51,771 nucleotides of DNA, taken from positions 4,589,374 through 4,641,144 of the forward strand of contig MU054220.1 of the NCBI GenBank assembly GCA_013239625.1. Direction: 5' to 3'. The first letter of the stretch is position 1, and each line of letters begins with the position of its first letter. The notes below the pieces were generated by a model. That model was not told where the DNA came from. It saw nothing but the letters and a program-made list of their open reading frames with translations, and did no database searches. Shown here one piece after another: positions 12,294-23,870 of this stretch. A program made the translations under genes and the position numbers. The stretch is from Lama guanicoe (lineage: Eukaryota).

Positions 12294-13229
12294 AACTAGT
12301 GTAGTAACTCCTTTAATTCAAGCAGACGTAGCTGTTCCTTCTCCTATCCAAAAGTACCGATTCATAAAATCCACTTACATTTCTTACTAATTCTTAGCAG
12401 GTGCCACAATCACCTGATGATATCAGTTTCAATCTCTAGCCTATATGCGCTTTCTACCAGATCATTTCTCAACCTCGGTGTAAAATCAATTTGGTTTCTT
12501 GAAGGAAAGGATCCAGCTTACCTTCTGTATGATAAACTTTATTCAATGAATGCCTGTTGAATGCGTGGATCCTTCCCTCTGTCTACACCTAATGCTCCAG
12601 CTACAACTGTGATCAAGGCTGCTAGGTCTATAGACACAGGTATGAGGACCTTGTGTTTGTATCATTTACTAACTAATTACGTAGCTTCACGACACTCAGT
12701 TTCTTTGGGTCTCACTTCTTATGTCAAATGAGGGGGGTTGGTTTCAACTAATTTGAAGTTCTATGACTCTTCAAATCTAATATTTCATGGTCTACAAAAT
12801 GATTTCAAACCCAGTATCTCTTTTGATATGGTTTTCACCAGCTTAAAAATTCCTTATACAGTACCTCTGTGGAATATAAGTATTTCTTTTTTAATGGATG
12901 AAACTTACTATCCTGAGTTCATACTGTATCACTTGCAGTTATCAAAAGTAGAACTAAGTTGATGGCCCAAATTTCATCCTTCTCAAGTTCTACTCTGTCT
13001 GCACTAATTCTCTGTAATCTTCTAGGCTTCAGGTCTGGTTTGACCACTGTCACTTCCATATCTGACCATCAGAAGCACAAGTCCCCTGTCAACCATCAAT
13101 ATGTAGTTGGAAGGTTTTAAAGGGAAATTTTACTGAAACAAAGCGATTAAAATATACAAAACCACATATAAAATGCAATTACAAACAAAGAGCCTTGCTG
13201 AGCAGCAGCTGCCCCCTAAAACGAATTCC

Positions 13230-13345
13230 TAACCTCAGTTTCCTCATTTGTACAATGGTGGAGGGCTATCAAAGTTAAATGAGAGAGCACATATCAAGTT
13301 CCCATTCTAACACTTGGCACACAACATGTACTCAATAAACATGAG
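13230..13345 (+). mobile_element. MIR fragment
   Basis: CCTCAGTTTCCTCATTTGTACAATGG...TGGCACACAACATGTACTCAATAAA. Confidence 0.75.
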
Positions 13346-14220
13346 CTGTATTCCCTGCCCGAAGCTGGTCACAGAAGTCTCTTCACAGAAGTAGGGTCCT
13401 TGTGTCTTCCCTTTGCAAAGCTGTGATTCCTTCGGATCTCTTCTAAACTCAAAGCTATTTTGCAGAGGAAGGATGACTGTGAAGCCCTAAATTTAGCAAA
13501 TGGCTGAGCAAGCCAGCCCTACTCATTACAACAGGTTTTCTTTGAAGATCTAGTCGTCACCCAGGCTTCTCCAAGGGAGAAACAGAGCTTAATTACCAGT
13601 TTACACTTCATGCTGTTTCAAGTATAAGAACTTAACACAGTTCTCAATAAAAATGAAGATACCGAATGTATCCTAGTAGAACCCAATTCAAACTGGAACA
13701 CAGATGGGGCTAGGGGACACAGCCTTTTCCTCCAAGGGAGGGGGGTTGACATCTTATAATCACTCAATAACACACCTAAGTTCCTTACACATCCATTCTC
13801 CCAGTAAGAAAACAAAACCAGAGGGCGGGGTCTTGCTTCATGAAGCTCCACTGATTTGGGCTCTGAGAGCCTACGGCTTTAAGAAGGCATTCCCGGGAAT
13901 ATCCCAGGAACTCTATCCGCCCCCTCAGAATAGCAGGCAATTGAGTTAGTGATGGTGACTCAGGCAGCCTTTTTAATCCTGATCTAAAGGAACCACCACA
14001 ACCCTGGAGAGGGAAATAAAAAGGGAATCGAGTGGAAAAGGCCTCCACCACCGGATGACTCATGCTCCACCGTGTGACTCGCCTGGCACATCACGCTGTC
14101 GCTAAGACATGGAGGACAGGTTCATTAGTCACTTTAATGAATTTTTCAAAGAAAGGATTCTCCCTATAAATAATCACGAGCTCTGTCACTCTAGTGTCTG
14201 TGTGTGAGCTTATGACTCAC

Positions 14221-14255
14221 CTTTCTACCATGCCGGGCAGTACCAACCGTGTCAT
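14221..14255 (-). CDS. HSD17B12: HSD17B12 exon 7 (35 bp)
   Basis: Acceptor ctcttttgcAG, donor GTgagt. Encodes MTRLVLPGMVE(R). Confidence 0.96.
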
Positions 14256-14687
14256 CTGCAAAAGAGAAAAACAAAACATCCGTGATGACTGAGGATGCAG
14301 GCAACAGAGGGAGTGGAGAGAACTCACCCACACAAACAAGGAGGAATCACGAAACCGCTCACCACTTCTACAGAGAGCAGTTTATTTTGTATACTGTGTA
14401 TCATTTGGCTGTGTCAAGAGCGCATAATAAGGAATCAGATGAAATTACTGGAGATAACACTGCAAATACTTTCAGTGAACTTGGCTAAAATTAGTCTTGC
14501 CTGAAATGTAATACTGGCATAGAGATCTTCAAATAATTAAGGATTTATGGTGACATCTACATTTTGGAAAATGTAGTCTCAGAAATAAACATACGTTATC
14601 ACAAGAAATATCCTGCCTACCAAACGTACTTAAGCTTTCTAATCTCAAGAGCTCAAATAATCTTTTCTCATCAAAAAAGCCTTTAGA

Positions 14688-14893
14688 CACACATTACTAT
14701 ATATAAAACAGATAAACAACAAGGACCTACTATATAGCACAGGAAACTATATTCAATTTCTTATAACAACATATAATGGAAAAGACTCTGAAAAGAAAAA
14801 ATATGTATGTATGTATATGTATAACTGAATTACTTTGCTGTACACCTGAAACTAACATTGTAAATCAACTATACTTCAATAAAAAATTTTTTT
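14688..14893 (+). mobile_element. 5'-truncated cetartiodactyl-type L1 3' end
   Basis: AGATAAACAACAAGGACCTACTATATAGCACAGGAAACTATATTCAA...CAACTATACTTCAATAAAA. TSD AAAGCCTTTAGA (14676-14687) / AAAGTCTTTAGA (14894-14905). Confidence 0.9.
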
Positions 14894-15730
14894 AAAGTCT
14901 TTAGAAGGAGGCCATAAAGTGACATGTTCAAATATTAAGTGTATCTTCACATTTATTTCTCTTCTTGCTCAAACTAGTTGCGAGTAAAATTCATCCTTAA
15001 AGAAAGCTGTTATCTGTGATCTCAAGTAACCAACAATGAAAAAAATGACACATGCATTTTTAAAGGATTTCCTAACTGTTGACTAAATATATATAGTATG
15101 ATGACAGAAACTACTTCTAAACTCTGTTTTAAGATACTATTAACTAAGAAAAGTCAATACTTCCACTGGCTTAGTCAAGGCTACGTCAGAGTTAAGTGCT
15201 GAGGTTGGAACATGAACTCTGGACTACATATCATCAGTTTTCTAAGAAACAAATGTTATTTTGTTACAGAAAAGTGTGCATGCTTGCCAAGTATAGGCAT
15301 TTTAAGCTTTCTATCTTGAACAATAGTGTCTTAAAATAGCATTCTGATGAGGAGAGAATTTTTTCCTAGAAATCTTTTGAAGGAAGAAAATGCATCCAGA
15401 CTTTAGTAATGTGGAATCTGCTCTATGGGAGTCCCAACCCAGATACCAACTTTGGAGCCACTGCATACACTTTTCCAGGAGAAACACAAATCCAAACTGA
15501 CACTGCGTCATAAAAGATAGACTAACACACTGCCAACTTCGAAGCAGACAAAGTAGTGTCTTCAATGCCCAGGGGAATCATGTCAACAGAAGTATCTAGA
15601 TTTGGCCAAATCTTCTGGCCCAGATGAAAAAGGAGAGACCCTAAGAAAGAGTTTGGCCTGCAGCATTCCACATCTCCCTCCTTCTTATGTATAAGGCCAT
15701 GCTTTCCATGTTAAACTTATCTTCATAGAA

Positions 15731-16240
15731 TGATGGGGCAGAGAATGCCAACTGTCCCCCAACATTCATTCTTTCCTTAACAATTGAATTTTCAGTTGGC
15801 TATATGTTCTCCTTCCCATCCTCACTGCCCTCCATAAAAACTACCTTCTGCCTTCTGTGTCACAGTGCAAATGGCCCTATGCCTGTGCACTGCCTAATAA
15901 GATGTGAACACAAGTAATACATGCAACTTCATGGTCATGCCTTAAGGGAGAAAAAAATACACGTCCTTCTCTTTGCCTAGTCCTCCTCTTGATGGCCAGA
16001 AAGTAGATGTGATGGAAGGATATAAAACAGCCACCTTAGACCCCAAGGTGAAAGCCACATGCTAATGGTGGCAGCACAATGAGGGAATAAGGGGCAGGAT
16101 TCCTAATGATTGTGGAGCTGTGATGCCAAACCTTGATTACCTACCTAGCTTTGACTCTGATGGAGAAAGAAACTTCTCTTTTGTGCAAGCCATTACTAAA
16201 TCTCTTATTACAGCAGCCAAACCAATATTCTAAGTGACAT
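15731..16240 (+). mobile_element. MLT1J/K-like solo LTR
   Basis: CAGCCACCTTAGACCCCAAGGTGAAAGCCACATGC...AAGCCATTACT..TTACAGCAGCCAAACC terminal motifs. Confidence 0.75.
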
Positions 16241-17051
16241 AACGGACCATTTGGGTTGCTGAAGACCAACCAAGGTGAACATTTGAAGACTTAAAAGAGA
16301 AATAATCACCAAAGCAAACTCGATCAGAAATTAGCAGACAGCCCCCGACACCTTCAATATTTCAGTTTGTTAAAACACGATTCTATTTCTCTGCTTGCCT
16401 AGGTCTGCTTCACTCAAGTCAGACTGTGCCTGCTCGGTCTCTACCCAAACTGTAAGGTCTCTACCCAAAGAAAAAGCTGGTTTCAAAGTTTATCCTTTCA
16501 ATTCTGTCACCCCTTCTCTTCTCAGATTAAATAATAACTCTTCAAATTTGTTAACAATGTTTTCTAAGATTCATCTTTTTATAGGAGTATAGTAATTGCT
16601 CAACACGTAGCTACTGAACGTTTAAGGCGACGTGGTTTGTACTCAGGCCAAAGTGCTCATCCCAGCCCTTCTACTTACTAGCAGTGTGACCTTGAGTTCA
16701 TTCCTTATCTTCTTCTGCTGGGTCCCTGTGCATTAAATGAAGAAGTCATCTACACTGCAGCTTACTCTAGTCTGAATCTCCAGGAAGGTAATGTATACAG
16801 TGGACCAGCACAGATGCATCACAGAGTAAGCCCCCGGGAGGGAGGAAATTAGTGTCCCCTATTGCCAACATGCACTATTCCTTCACGATGGAGCATCACT
16901 AAGTATCCAGGCCTCCCTTAAGCATGTTGTACCCTACAGAGTATAGACACTGTAAAAGACAGTGACACATTTTGAGGTCATCCAGTTCAACTCACCATAC
17001 ATAAGTTTCTGGACCATTCCAGCCATATTTTCAAGTACCTCAGTTGGGAGC

Positions 17052-17198
17052 TTTTTAGGGTAAAAAAAAGTTGTTCTAAAATTAAATTGTAGTGACCATT
17101 GCACAGTTCTGTAAATTTACTAAAAACCATTCAATTGTACAGTTAAAATGGCTGAATTTAGGTATGCAAATTACTCCATAATAAAGCTATTTTTTTAA
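17052..17198 (+). mobile_element. L1 3' end fragment (L1MD/MB-like)
   Basis: GTTCTAAAATTAAATTGTAGTG...GTAAATTTACTAAAAACCATTCAATTGTAC...AATAAAGCT. Confidence 0.8.
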
Positions 17199-17359
17199 AG
17201 AAAACCTCAATAATCATATGGATAAAAAATAAAGAACTGGAACCACAAAATACATTTGATGTTACTTTAACAAATACAGAAAATAAAAGAGCTCTTAAAA
17301 TGCTCCATGCATATCAACTCATGGCCTGGAGCAACATGAAGTAATAAAGAGGCATGCTT

Positions 17360-17650
17360 TCATTCAGTAGAGGGCATGTTATGTACTTGAACCAGAGTTG
17401 GGTGATGGGAGCTCACAATCTAGCAGGAGAACAGATCTTCATATAAATACATGATTACAAGACAGTGCTGTAAGTGGTACAACAGAGGGAGAGACAGAGG
17501 GCACCAATGCTTAGGAGAAGAACTAGTTATGTTTGGGGAATCAGGTAGAGTTCACAGATTACATTTCAGTTAAGTCTGGAAAGAGTAAGTAAGAGTTCAC
17601 TAGGCAGAAAAAAGTTCTAATCACAAGAACCACAGAAATGCAAACAGCTG
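17360..17650 (-). mobile_element. L2 3' fragment
   Basis: GGAGCTCACAATCTAGCAGGAGA...ACAAGACAGTGCTGTAAGTG pattern. Confidence 0.6.
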
Positions 17651-18064
17651 AAAGAAATTACAATATATGCCATAGAACTCATGCATTTTAAAAAACTTTT
17701 TGTTGAATGAGTAAAGCATACAAAGTAGTAAAAATATGTGCATCCTATTATATCTGTTAGACAATTTGCACATGGACAGCTTCTCATGCCAGTACAAACA
17801 GATGTACATCAGGCAGAGTAACAGTTGTGTATTTTATTTGTAAGGATAGATTATATGCATTCTTAGCAGTATCTGAAAATATTTTTTATTTAGTACATTT
17901 CATCAGGGGACCAAAATGATTTAGCTAACATATTATAAAGTGGTCCCCAAGCATTTTGTGACGAGAAGCAATTATGCAGGTCCCCAAAGTCCTGAGGACC
18001 ACCAGAAACAGGATGAGGAATGAGAAGACTGATGAAGAAATGTTCTCACCCAGGGCTAGGACTG

Positions 18065-18090
18065 GTGTGTGTGTGTGTGGGGGGGGGGTG
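18065..18090. repeat. (GT)n plus poly-G microsatellite
   Basis: gtgtgtgtgtgtgt followed directly by a G run. Confidence 0.9.
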
Positions 18091-18667
18091 CGCCTGCACA
18101 TGCACATAAGGAAGTCTCATTTGAAATGAGACTTGTTAACTGCAAAGCAGCTAAGTGGAGTTCACAGGGTAGCCACTGACTGTTTAGTTTTTCTACAGGG
18201 AACTAAAGAAGAGGAGAAGGTATGGGATTTGCAGGCAGTGATCGATCTGGAGAACTACCAGGGAAGTTTACAAGATCTGCTGATATTTTCCTTTATTCTG
18301 ACCAGGGATCTCAGTACCAATATGAATATTTAGTAAGTGGTCATGCAAATTTTAAAGTTCAATTCAGGTTTTTTCCCCCAAGATATAAATTTACACATTT
18401 AAATACAGTTCAATATGAAATATCACTTTATGCTAGGATATTAAGGAAATACAAATGCACATATTGGGAGCTTTTTTCTCCCTTACACTGTATATGTCAT
18501 ATATTAAATGTCTCTTTTCTGAATGGTAAAAATTATCCAGAAAATGATCAGAGACAAAATAAAACCCCATAAGATATACTCTTACTTATAAAACTCTATC
18601 AACAACATGCTAAGCATTAAATTGGTCCTGCTGGTCTTCAGTGTATGAACATGTCCAAAATACATCA

Positions 18668-18792
18668 TTTTTTTCTCCCAGTTTTATTGAGATATAATTG
18701 ACATGTAACTTTTTATTAGTTTACAGTAGATAACAGTGCTTTGGTAGATGTATATACTGTGAAAAGATTACCGCAGTAAGTTTGGTTAACAT
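18668..18792 (-). mobile_element. L1 3' terminal ~125 bp (L1MA9/10-like), fused to U6 copy
   Basis: Minus strand ATGTTAACCAAACTTACTGCGGTAAT...GTCAATTATATCTCAATAAAACTGGGAGAAAAAAA. Confidence 0.88.
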
Positions 18793-18897
18793 AAAAAATA
18801 CGCAATGCTTCACAGATTTGCATGTCAACCTTGCACAGGGTCATGCTACTCATCTCTGCGTCGTTCCAGTTCTAGTATGTGCTGCTGAAGCAAGCAC
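18793..18897 (-). pseudogene. U6 snRNA retropseudogene (full length, diverged)
   Basis: Minus strand GTGCTTGCTTCAGCAGCACATACTAGAACTGGAACGACGCAGAGATGAGTAGCATGACCCTGTGCAAGGTTGACATGCAAATCTGTGAAGCATTGCGTATTTTTT is colinear end-to-end with U6. The ACAGAGA box is mutated to GCAGAGA. Confidence 0.95.
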
Positions 18898-21800
18898 TAA
18901 AATACATTCTTTTTATATGTGAATTAAAACTCAATTAGTTTTAATTACTTAACACAAAGAAGCAGTGTTTTCAATGCCTGGCTATTAAAGGCCAGAAATC
19001 CTTGTTGGAATGCTCAATGACCAAATGATTCATCAGCAAAGACAGAACTCCACTTATGAAAAAGTTAAATTCTTCTGCATTGTTCACTGGCTTCTCCTTT
19101 CAAATTCTGACTCCAAATTATTTCTCCTTGCCATAGAATAGAATACCTTCTTGGATTTGTCAAATATAACAACAGTGGAAAGCCTGAGAAAAGTTAACCT
19201 GAAATCTACAGGCTTTATAAAATTGATTACTGCCTTCATCTATACTTAAAAGTTATCTTTCCTTCTAATCTAAATACAGGTCATCATAAATTCAATTTCA
19301 AGCTTTCTTTGTTTGGGTATGTATATACAGATAATTCTTAATATTCTATGTATAAGTAGAAAGGCTTCACTGTGTTCACATCAAATGAGATTCTCCTTGA
19401 CATCAAGTTTTACATAGGCTATTTTAACTAAGCTATTAGCAGTCTCATTTTACTTGACATGCATTGATTGGTATCTTGATATCTGGTTATTTATACCATA
19501 TACCAAGTGTCTCTGTGAAATCTCACTATCTGTCTGAACTCCATTTCACAGCTCACAAGCTGTTTCTAGAGTGAACTCAATATGCTAATTTTAGGCCATC
19601 TGCAGGTGATAATTGCTCTACCAGGAAAATTTTTGTTCCTTTTAAGCTATTGCTAAAATAAGCTTACCATAACTTCCAAGTTCAGTGGTTAAGAATATTA
19701 AAAAAATAGTAGTAAACATGATTTCTATACTTGTTTTCTCCTATGTTGAGGTTATTTCCAAAAGTATACAGCAAACAATTTAAATTTACTTCTTTTCTAA
19801 AAAATAGATAAAAGTCATGTAATAGTACCTCTTCAAATCCTTGCAGAAAAAGCAAATGTTTCCTATTTATAGAGATAATTATTTTTTAGTGACAGTTTCA
19901 TCAATCCTCATCATGAAGAAGCCCTAGAAGCCTACAACCAAAGGGGAAAAGGTCAGTATACGTTACATCACACCTAGATACTACATCACTTTGCATGCAA
20001 GCTGGCCACAGAGTACAGACATATACAAAGGTAATTGCGTCTTCACCAACAATAGCTCAATTTCGAATTCCTCTTGGGGACACCAAATATTCTATTTCAA
20101 GAGTGGAATATTTACTGGTATTTACTGCCACAACTATGTATATTCGGGCTGGGAAATAAATAAAAGGCTGATTTAGTTCATACAAAACCAAAACTGGTAT
20201 TATCTAACTCAAAAGTGCATTGGCTAGCCTAAAAATATCCTTGAAAATGTAATATTAAAATGTAACTATCTTAGTACTCTGAAATATTTCTCATATTTTT
20301 GGCAACTGCTTCATTGCTTTTGTAATTAGAAAAGCCCCCACAACTAATGTTATTTCTAAAAGAAATTAACATGAATCATTTTTTTCTTTTCACTTCTCTG
20401 GCATCAGTTATCAAGAGTTTGCAGGAGGAAACTTATTTTACACTCTAAAGCCCATCTAAGTTTTCCACTTTTGAGTTTGCTATGAGAACTGATAACATAA
20501 GCAAATTATACAAATTATGCAAATTGTTTTACAAGCAAGTAATTCCTTTTTACAAGCAAATTATTTTTGTATCATGTAACCTCTGGCATTTGGTCATTCA
20601 TTGAAGAGAACAAACAGACTAAAGAGAACACTACCGCATAATGCTTAAAAAAATAACCAAAAACCCAATGAAAAGACTAAAATTCAAGATACTTTAGTAA
20701 AATAAGAAAACAAATATTGACACCTGTATCACCAATATATATAAGTAAGAAGTACAGTGTAACAACTTGCCCTAGAATTGGCAAAGCCCCAAGAATCCAG
20801 GTTATTCCTTCAAATAATCAGGACATGACGAATAGCCACTTTGTCCACATCTGCTCTGCCTTCTACCCCAGAGAAACCAGCTTGGAGTAAACAGGATCTG
20901 AATTCAAGCGACTGAAAAACGCACCCACACAAATTAAAAGGAAATAGATGCAAACGCCTTAAGCAAATTTTCAATTGGAATCATTAAGAATAATTTTAAA
21001 AAATCATAGTATAATAGCAAAAAGAATTACATAAATATCAGCGATGTTACACAATGCCTGTTTTGGAGAAATTAGGTGGTAACGCCACTGGAAGTCATAC
21101 TAGAATGACACAGCACACATTTCCTTTGACAAACTGTATAATTTAAGCTCTGTGGTACTGAGAATAAACCTTAATTAGAAATTTTTAGAATCTCAACTAT
21201 ATGGCTAACAGAATAGCCACTGCACAAGGTGTGAAAAGCTTAAATAGATAAAGTTTTTACAGTGGTTTGAGACTTCTGAGTATGATTTGGTTTTCCTCTC
21301 TATTAACATTTAGGTCTTTATGGAAGTTATGAGTCCTCCTTGCCTCCCCGCTACCATAATACTTAACCTGAAATGCAACCTCACCATAAAAAACAAAGCT
21401 TTTCCTTTTGTAAAAAAAAATCTGCTGTGATATCTGTTAAAAATGTTTTAACAAAAGAAAAAGAACTTTCCAGAGCTGAGAAGTGGTTGCCAATTAATAA
21501 TAATGACTCCAAAGCCATAATTTATAAACTCTAAACAAAAATGAAGATGAAAAGAATGCATATACCACCATATATTGTTTTTCTAAGTTTAGCACTCCAT
21601 AATATGCTAAGAGCTTCCATTACTTAACATTTTCCCAAAATATTCTGATTTCTCCAAAAGTGACAGATTTGGGGAGGAGAAAATAATTCCCCAAGTTCTC
21701 AAAGAGATTTTTACATTTTCATCCATTTATAAGGCATTTCTCCTGCAAGCTAGTTTTACTTTGAGCTAGAAAAGAACCTTAGCACCAATCTACAACTACT

Positions 21801-22563
21801 CCCTCATTTTTTAAAGATGAAAACTATGGAAAGAGTGGTTGTCATGTAGGTTGGCCAACCTATCATTTTGTAGTTGTGCCTGAAGCAGCCCATTACCATG
21901 AGGCCTCAAGGACTAAATGTGCCCCCAAATTTGGAAATTTTTAAGACTTTAATGATAGCTGCTTTCAAATGGATTAAAAGACTCTAAATATTAACTTGAA
22001 ATGTCTCCATCTAGAAAAGCCTTGGGTGGAGATCAGTGGTGAAGGCCACATTCTCCTAACTGCAATTTATTAATTTCCTAATGTTAACTTGAATTCTTGG
22101 GGCAGAGCGAGGGGATAAATTCTTAGCATAATCCCTAAATTAAATATGTTAAGACTGCTGAACAGATTCTTCTCATGGATTTCCAAATTAATAGAGGGCT
22201 CCCCCTACTGGTACTATGTCACATGCCAGAGACAAATCCAGGTAAGAAAAAGGAAAACAAATGCTTCTCCTGTGCTTTCTGTCCATCTGGCCACCCACCC
22301 AAACATTTATTATCTACTGCATGGTCAGGGCATAGCATCACATACTTCTGGCTGAATGACATACAATGAATACACTGGGGTATTACAAGGAAAAAAAATC
22401 AGCTTTTCTAAAGCAGGCAAAGGGTCTCATATCCCAAGTGATTTGATTTCAGATAATCATAGGGATGGAAGAGATTGATTTAATTGATGCCATTCTAATC
22501 CTTCAGCTCTACCAACTAAGCAGTTATTTAGCTTCAGTACATTGAATGCTTGGAGTTACTGAA

Positions 22564-22885
22564 CAGGAGAACAGAAACTCAAATGCCTCCAAGGGCCAGC
22601 GAGGTAGCATAAATGAATGCAGTAAGTCAGGCAATAGGGACTAGTGGGGACTGCGGTAATCAGGAGAATGCAGCCTACCTACCTAGCACGCTCAGCTGTT
22701 ACTCAGCTCTAGTCACTTGTTACCAAGCAGCAGTTCAGGTCCATGTTACCCTATTTTCAGATTTTTCCCAAGAGAAGCTAGAGATTTGGGTGTGATATGT
22801 CTCAATTTTGAAAACACTGCTGGAGCCAACCAAAATATGTTGGCAGGGCACATTCAGCCCACAGACTCTTGGTTTGCAACCTCTG
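22564..22885 (+). mobile_element. MER102-like hAT-Charlie MITE
   Basis: AAACTCAAATGCCTCCAAGGGCCAG...TACTCAGCTCTAG...CAAGAGAAGCTAGA...GTTTGCAACCTCTG. Confidence 0.8.
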
Positions 22886-23084
22886 ACCTAGAGTCAGAAG
22901 GCTTCTTACTTTCTGCCCACTCCATGTGTGGCAGATCCAAAGTTTAGAAAGTTTTCACCATTTACTTCAGTGTAAATATCAACAACTGATCTAAGGCCAG
23001 CCTTCCGGGGCCACACATGGGACGTGTGATCCTTATTCCCAAAGGACTGGGGTTTTCAGTTTTTTAATCCCTTTATTTATTTTA

Positions 23085-23838
23085 TGCAAAAAGCATTTAT
23101 TGCCTACCTGCCATATGGGAGGACTGGGGCTAGGAAAAGGCAAAGAATGAAAAGGATGTGGGACCAGCCCTCACGGGGCTTACAGCCTGTAGAGAGACAC
23201 TGAACGAATTAAAAATGGGGCTAAGGGGGACGAAGACATGCAGCATGTGGCTGAGATATAATCTAGTCTCGAAGCACCCCCTTCTCCATCCCCGAGCACT
23301 GAACGCTTTAGTTGACAACTGAAGGGTGAGTAGAATTAGTAAAGTGGGACCCGAGGGAGCCTTCCATGGGGGAGGGAACAGCCTGGGAACACTAGGTTCG
23401 AGACACTGAGCACAACAGCAGAGGGAGAGACCCCTGAGGTCAAAGGGAGACGTGAGCACACCAGAAACTGACACAACATTGCAAACTGACTACTATACTT
23501 CAATTAAAAAAAATAAAGAAGGGGAGAGGTGGGCAGGGGCCAAATCACATCTCCTTCCCTAGGGGTCACATTCAAGATTCTGGACTTGAAGGAAAGGAGA
23601 AGTCCCTGAAGGATTTGACAGGGCTGTGATAAGACCTGATGTAAAATAACACGTTGGCTGGAGTACCAAGTCTGAGGAGGAAGACATGCTGGATGGAAAA
23701 GACTGGTTAGGCTATTCTAGTGGCTCCCACTGAGAAATTCAGGGGCTTGGAATCTGGAAGGAATCACTGGAGATAAAAAGAATTGAGTCAATTTAAAAAT
23801 ACGTGGGAGGTAGAACTAACTGGTCTTGATTAGCTGGA
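23085..23838 (-). mobile_element. L2 fragment (contains short L1 tail insertion)
   Basis: AAGCATTTATTGCCTACCTG...GCCCTCACGGGGCTTACAGCCT...GGGAGGTAGAACTAACTGGTCTTG. Confidence 0.75.
23458..23518 (+). mobile_element. Extremely truncated lineage-specific L1 tail
   Basis: ACACCAGAAACTGACACAACATTGCAAACTGACTA..TACTTCAATTA(n); imperfect TSD AAAGGGAGACGTGAGC / AAGGGGAGAGGTGGGC. Confidence 0.8.
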
Positions 23839-23870
23839 TGTGTGTGTGTGTGTGTGAGTGAGTGAGTGTG
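23838..23870. repeat. (TG)n(AGTG)n microsatellite
   Basis: Directly visible. Confidence 0.9.

Noticed and set aside
16436..16469. 14-bp direct repeat GGTCTCTACCCAAA (also short repeats near 20500, 32841 and 42105)
   Set aside because: Ordinary micro-duplication or slippage; two or three copies with no higher-order structure.
18793..18897. Functional U6 gene
   Set aside because: Many substitutions including the ACAGAGA box, fusion to an L1 tail, and a flanking TSD; no convincing upstream PSE was recognised.
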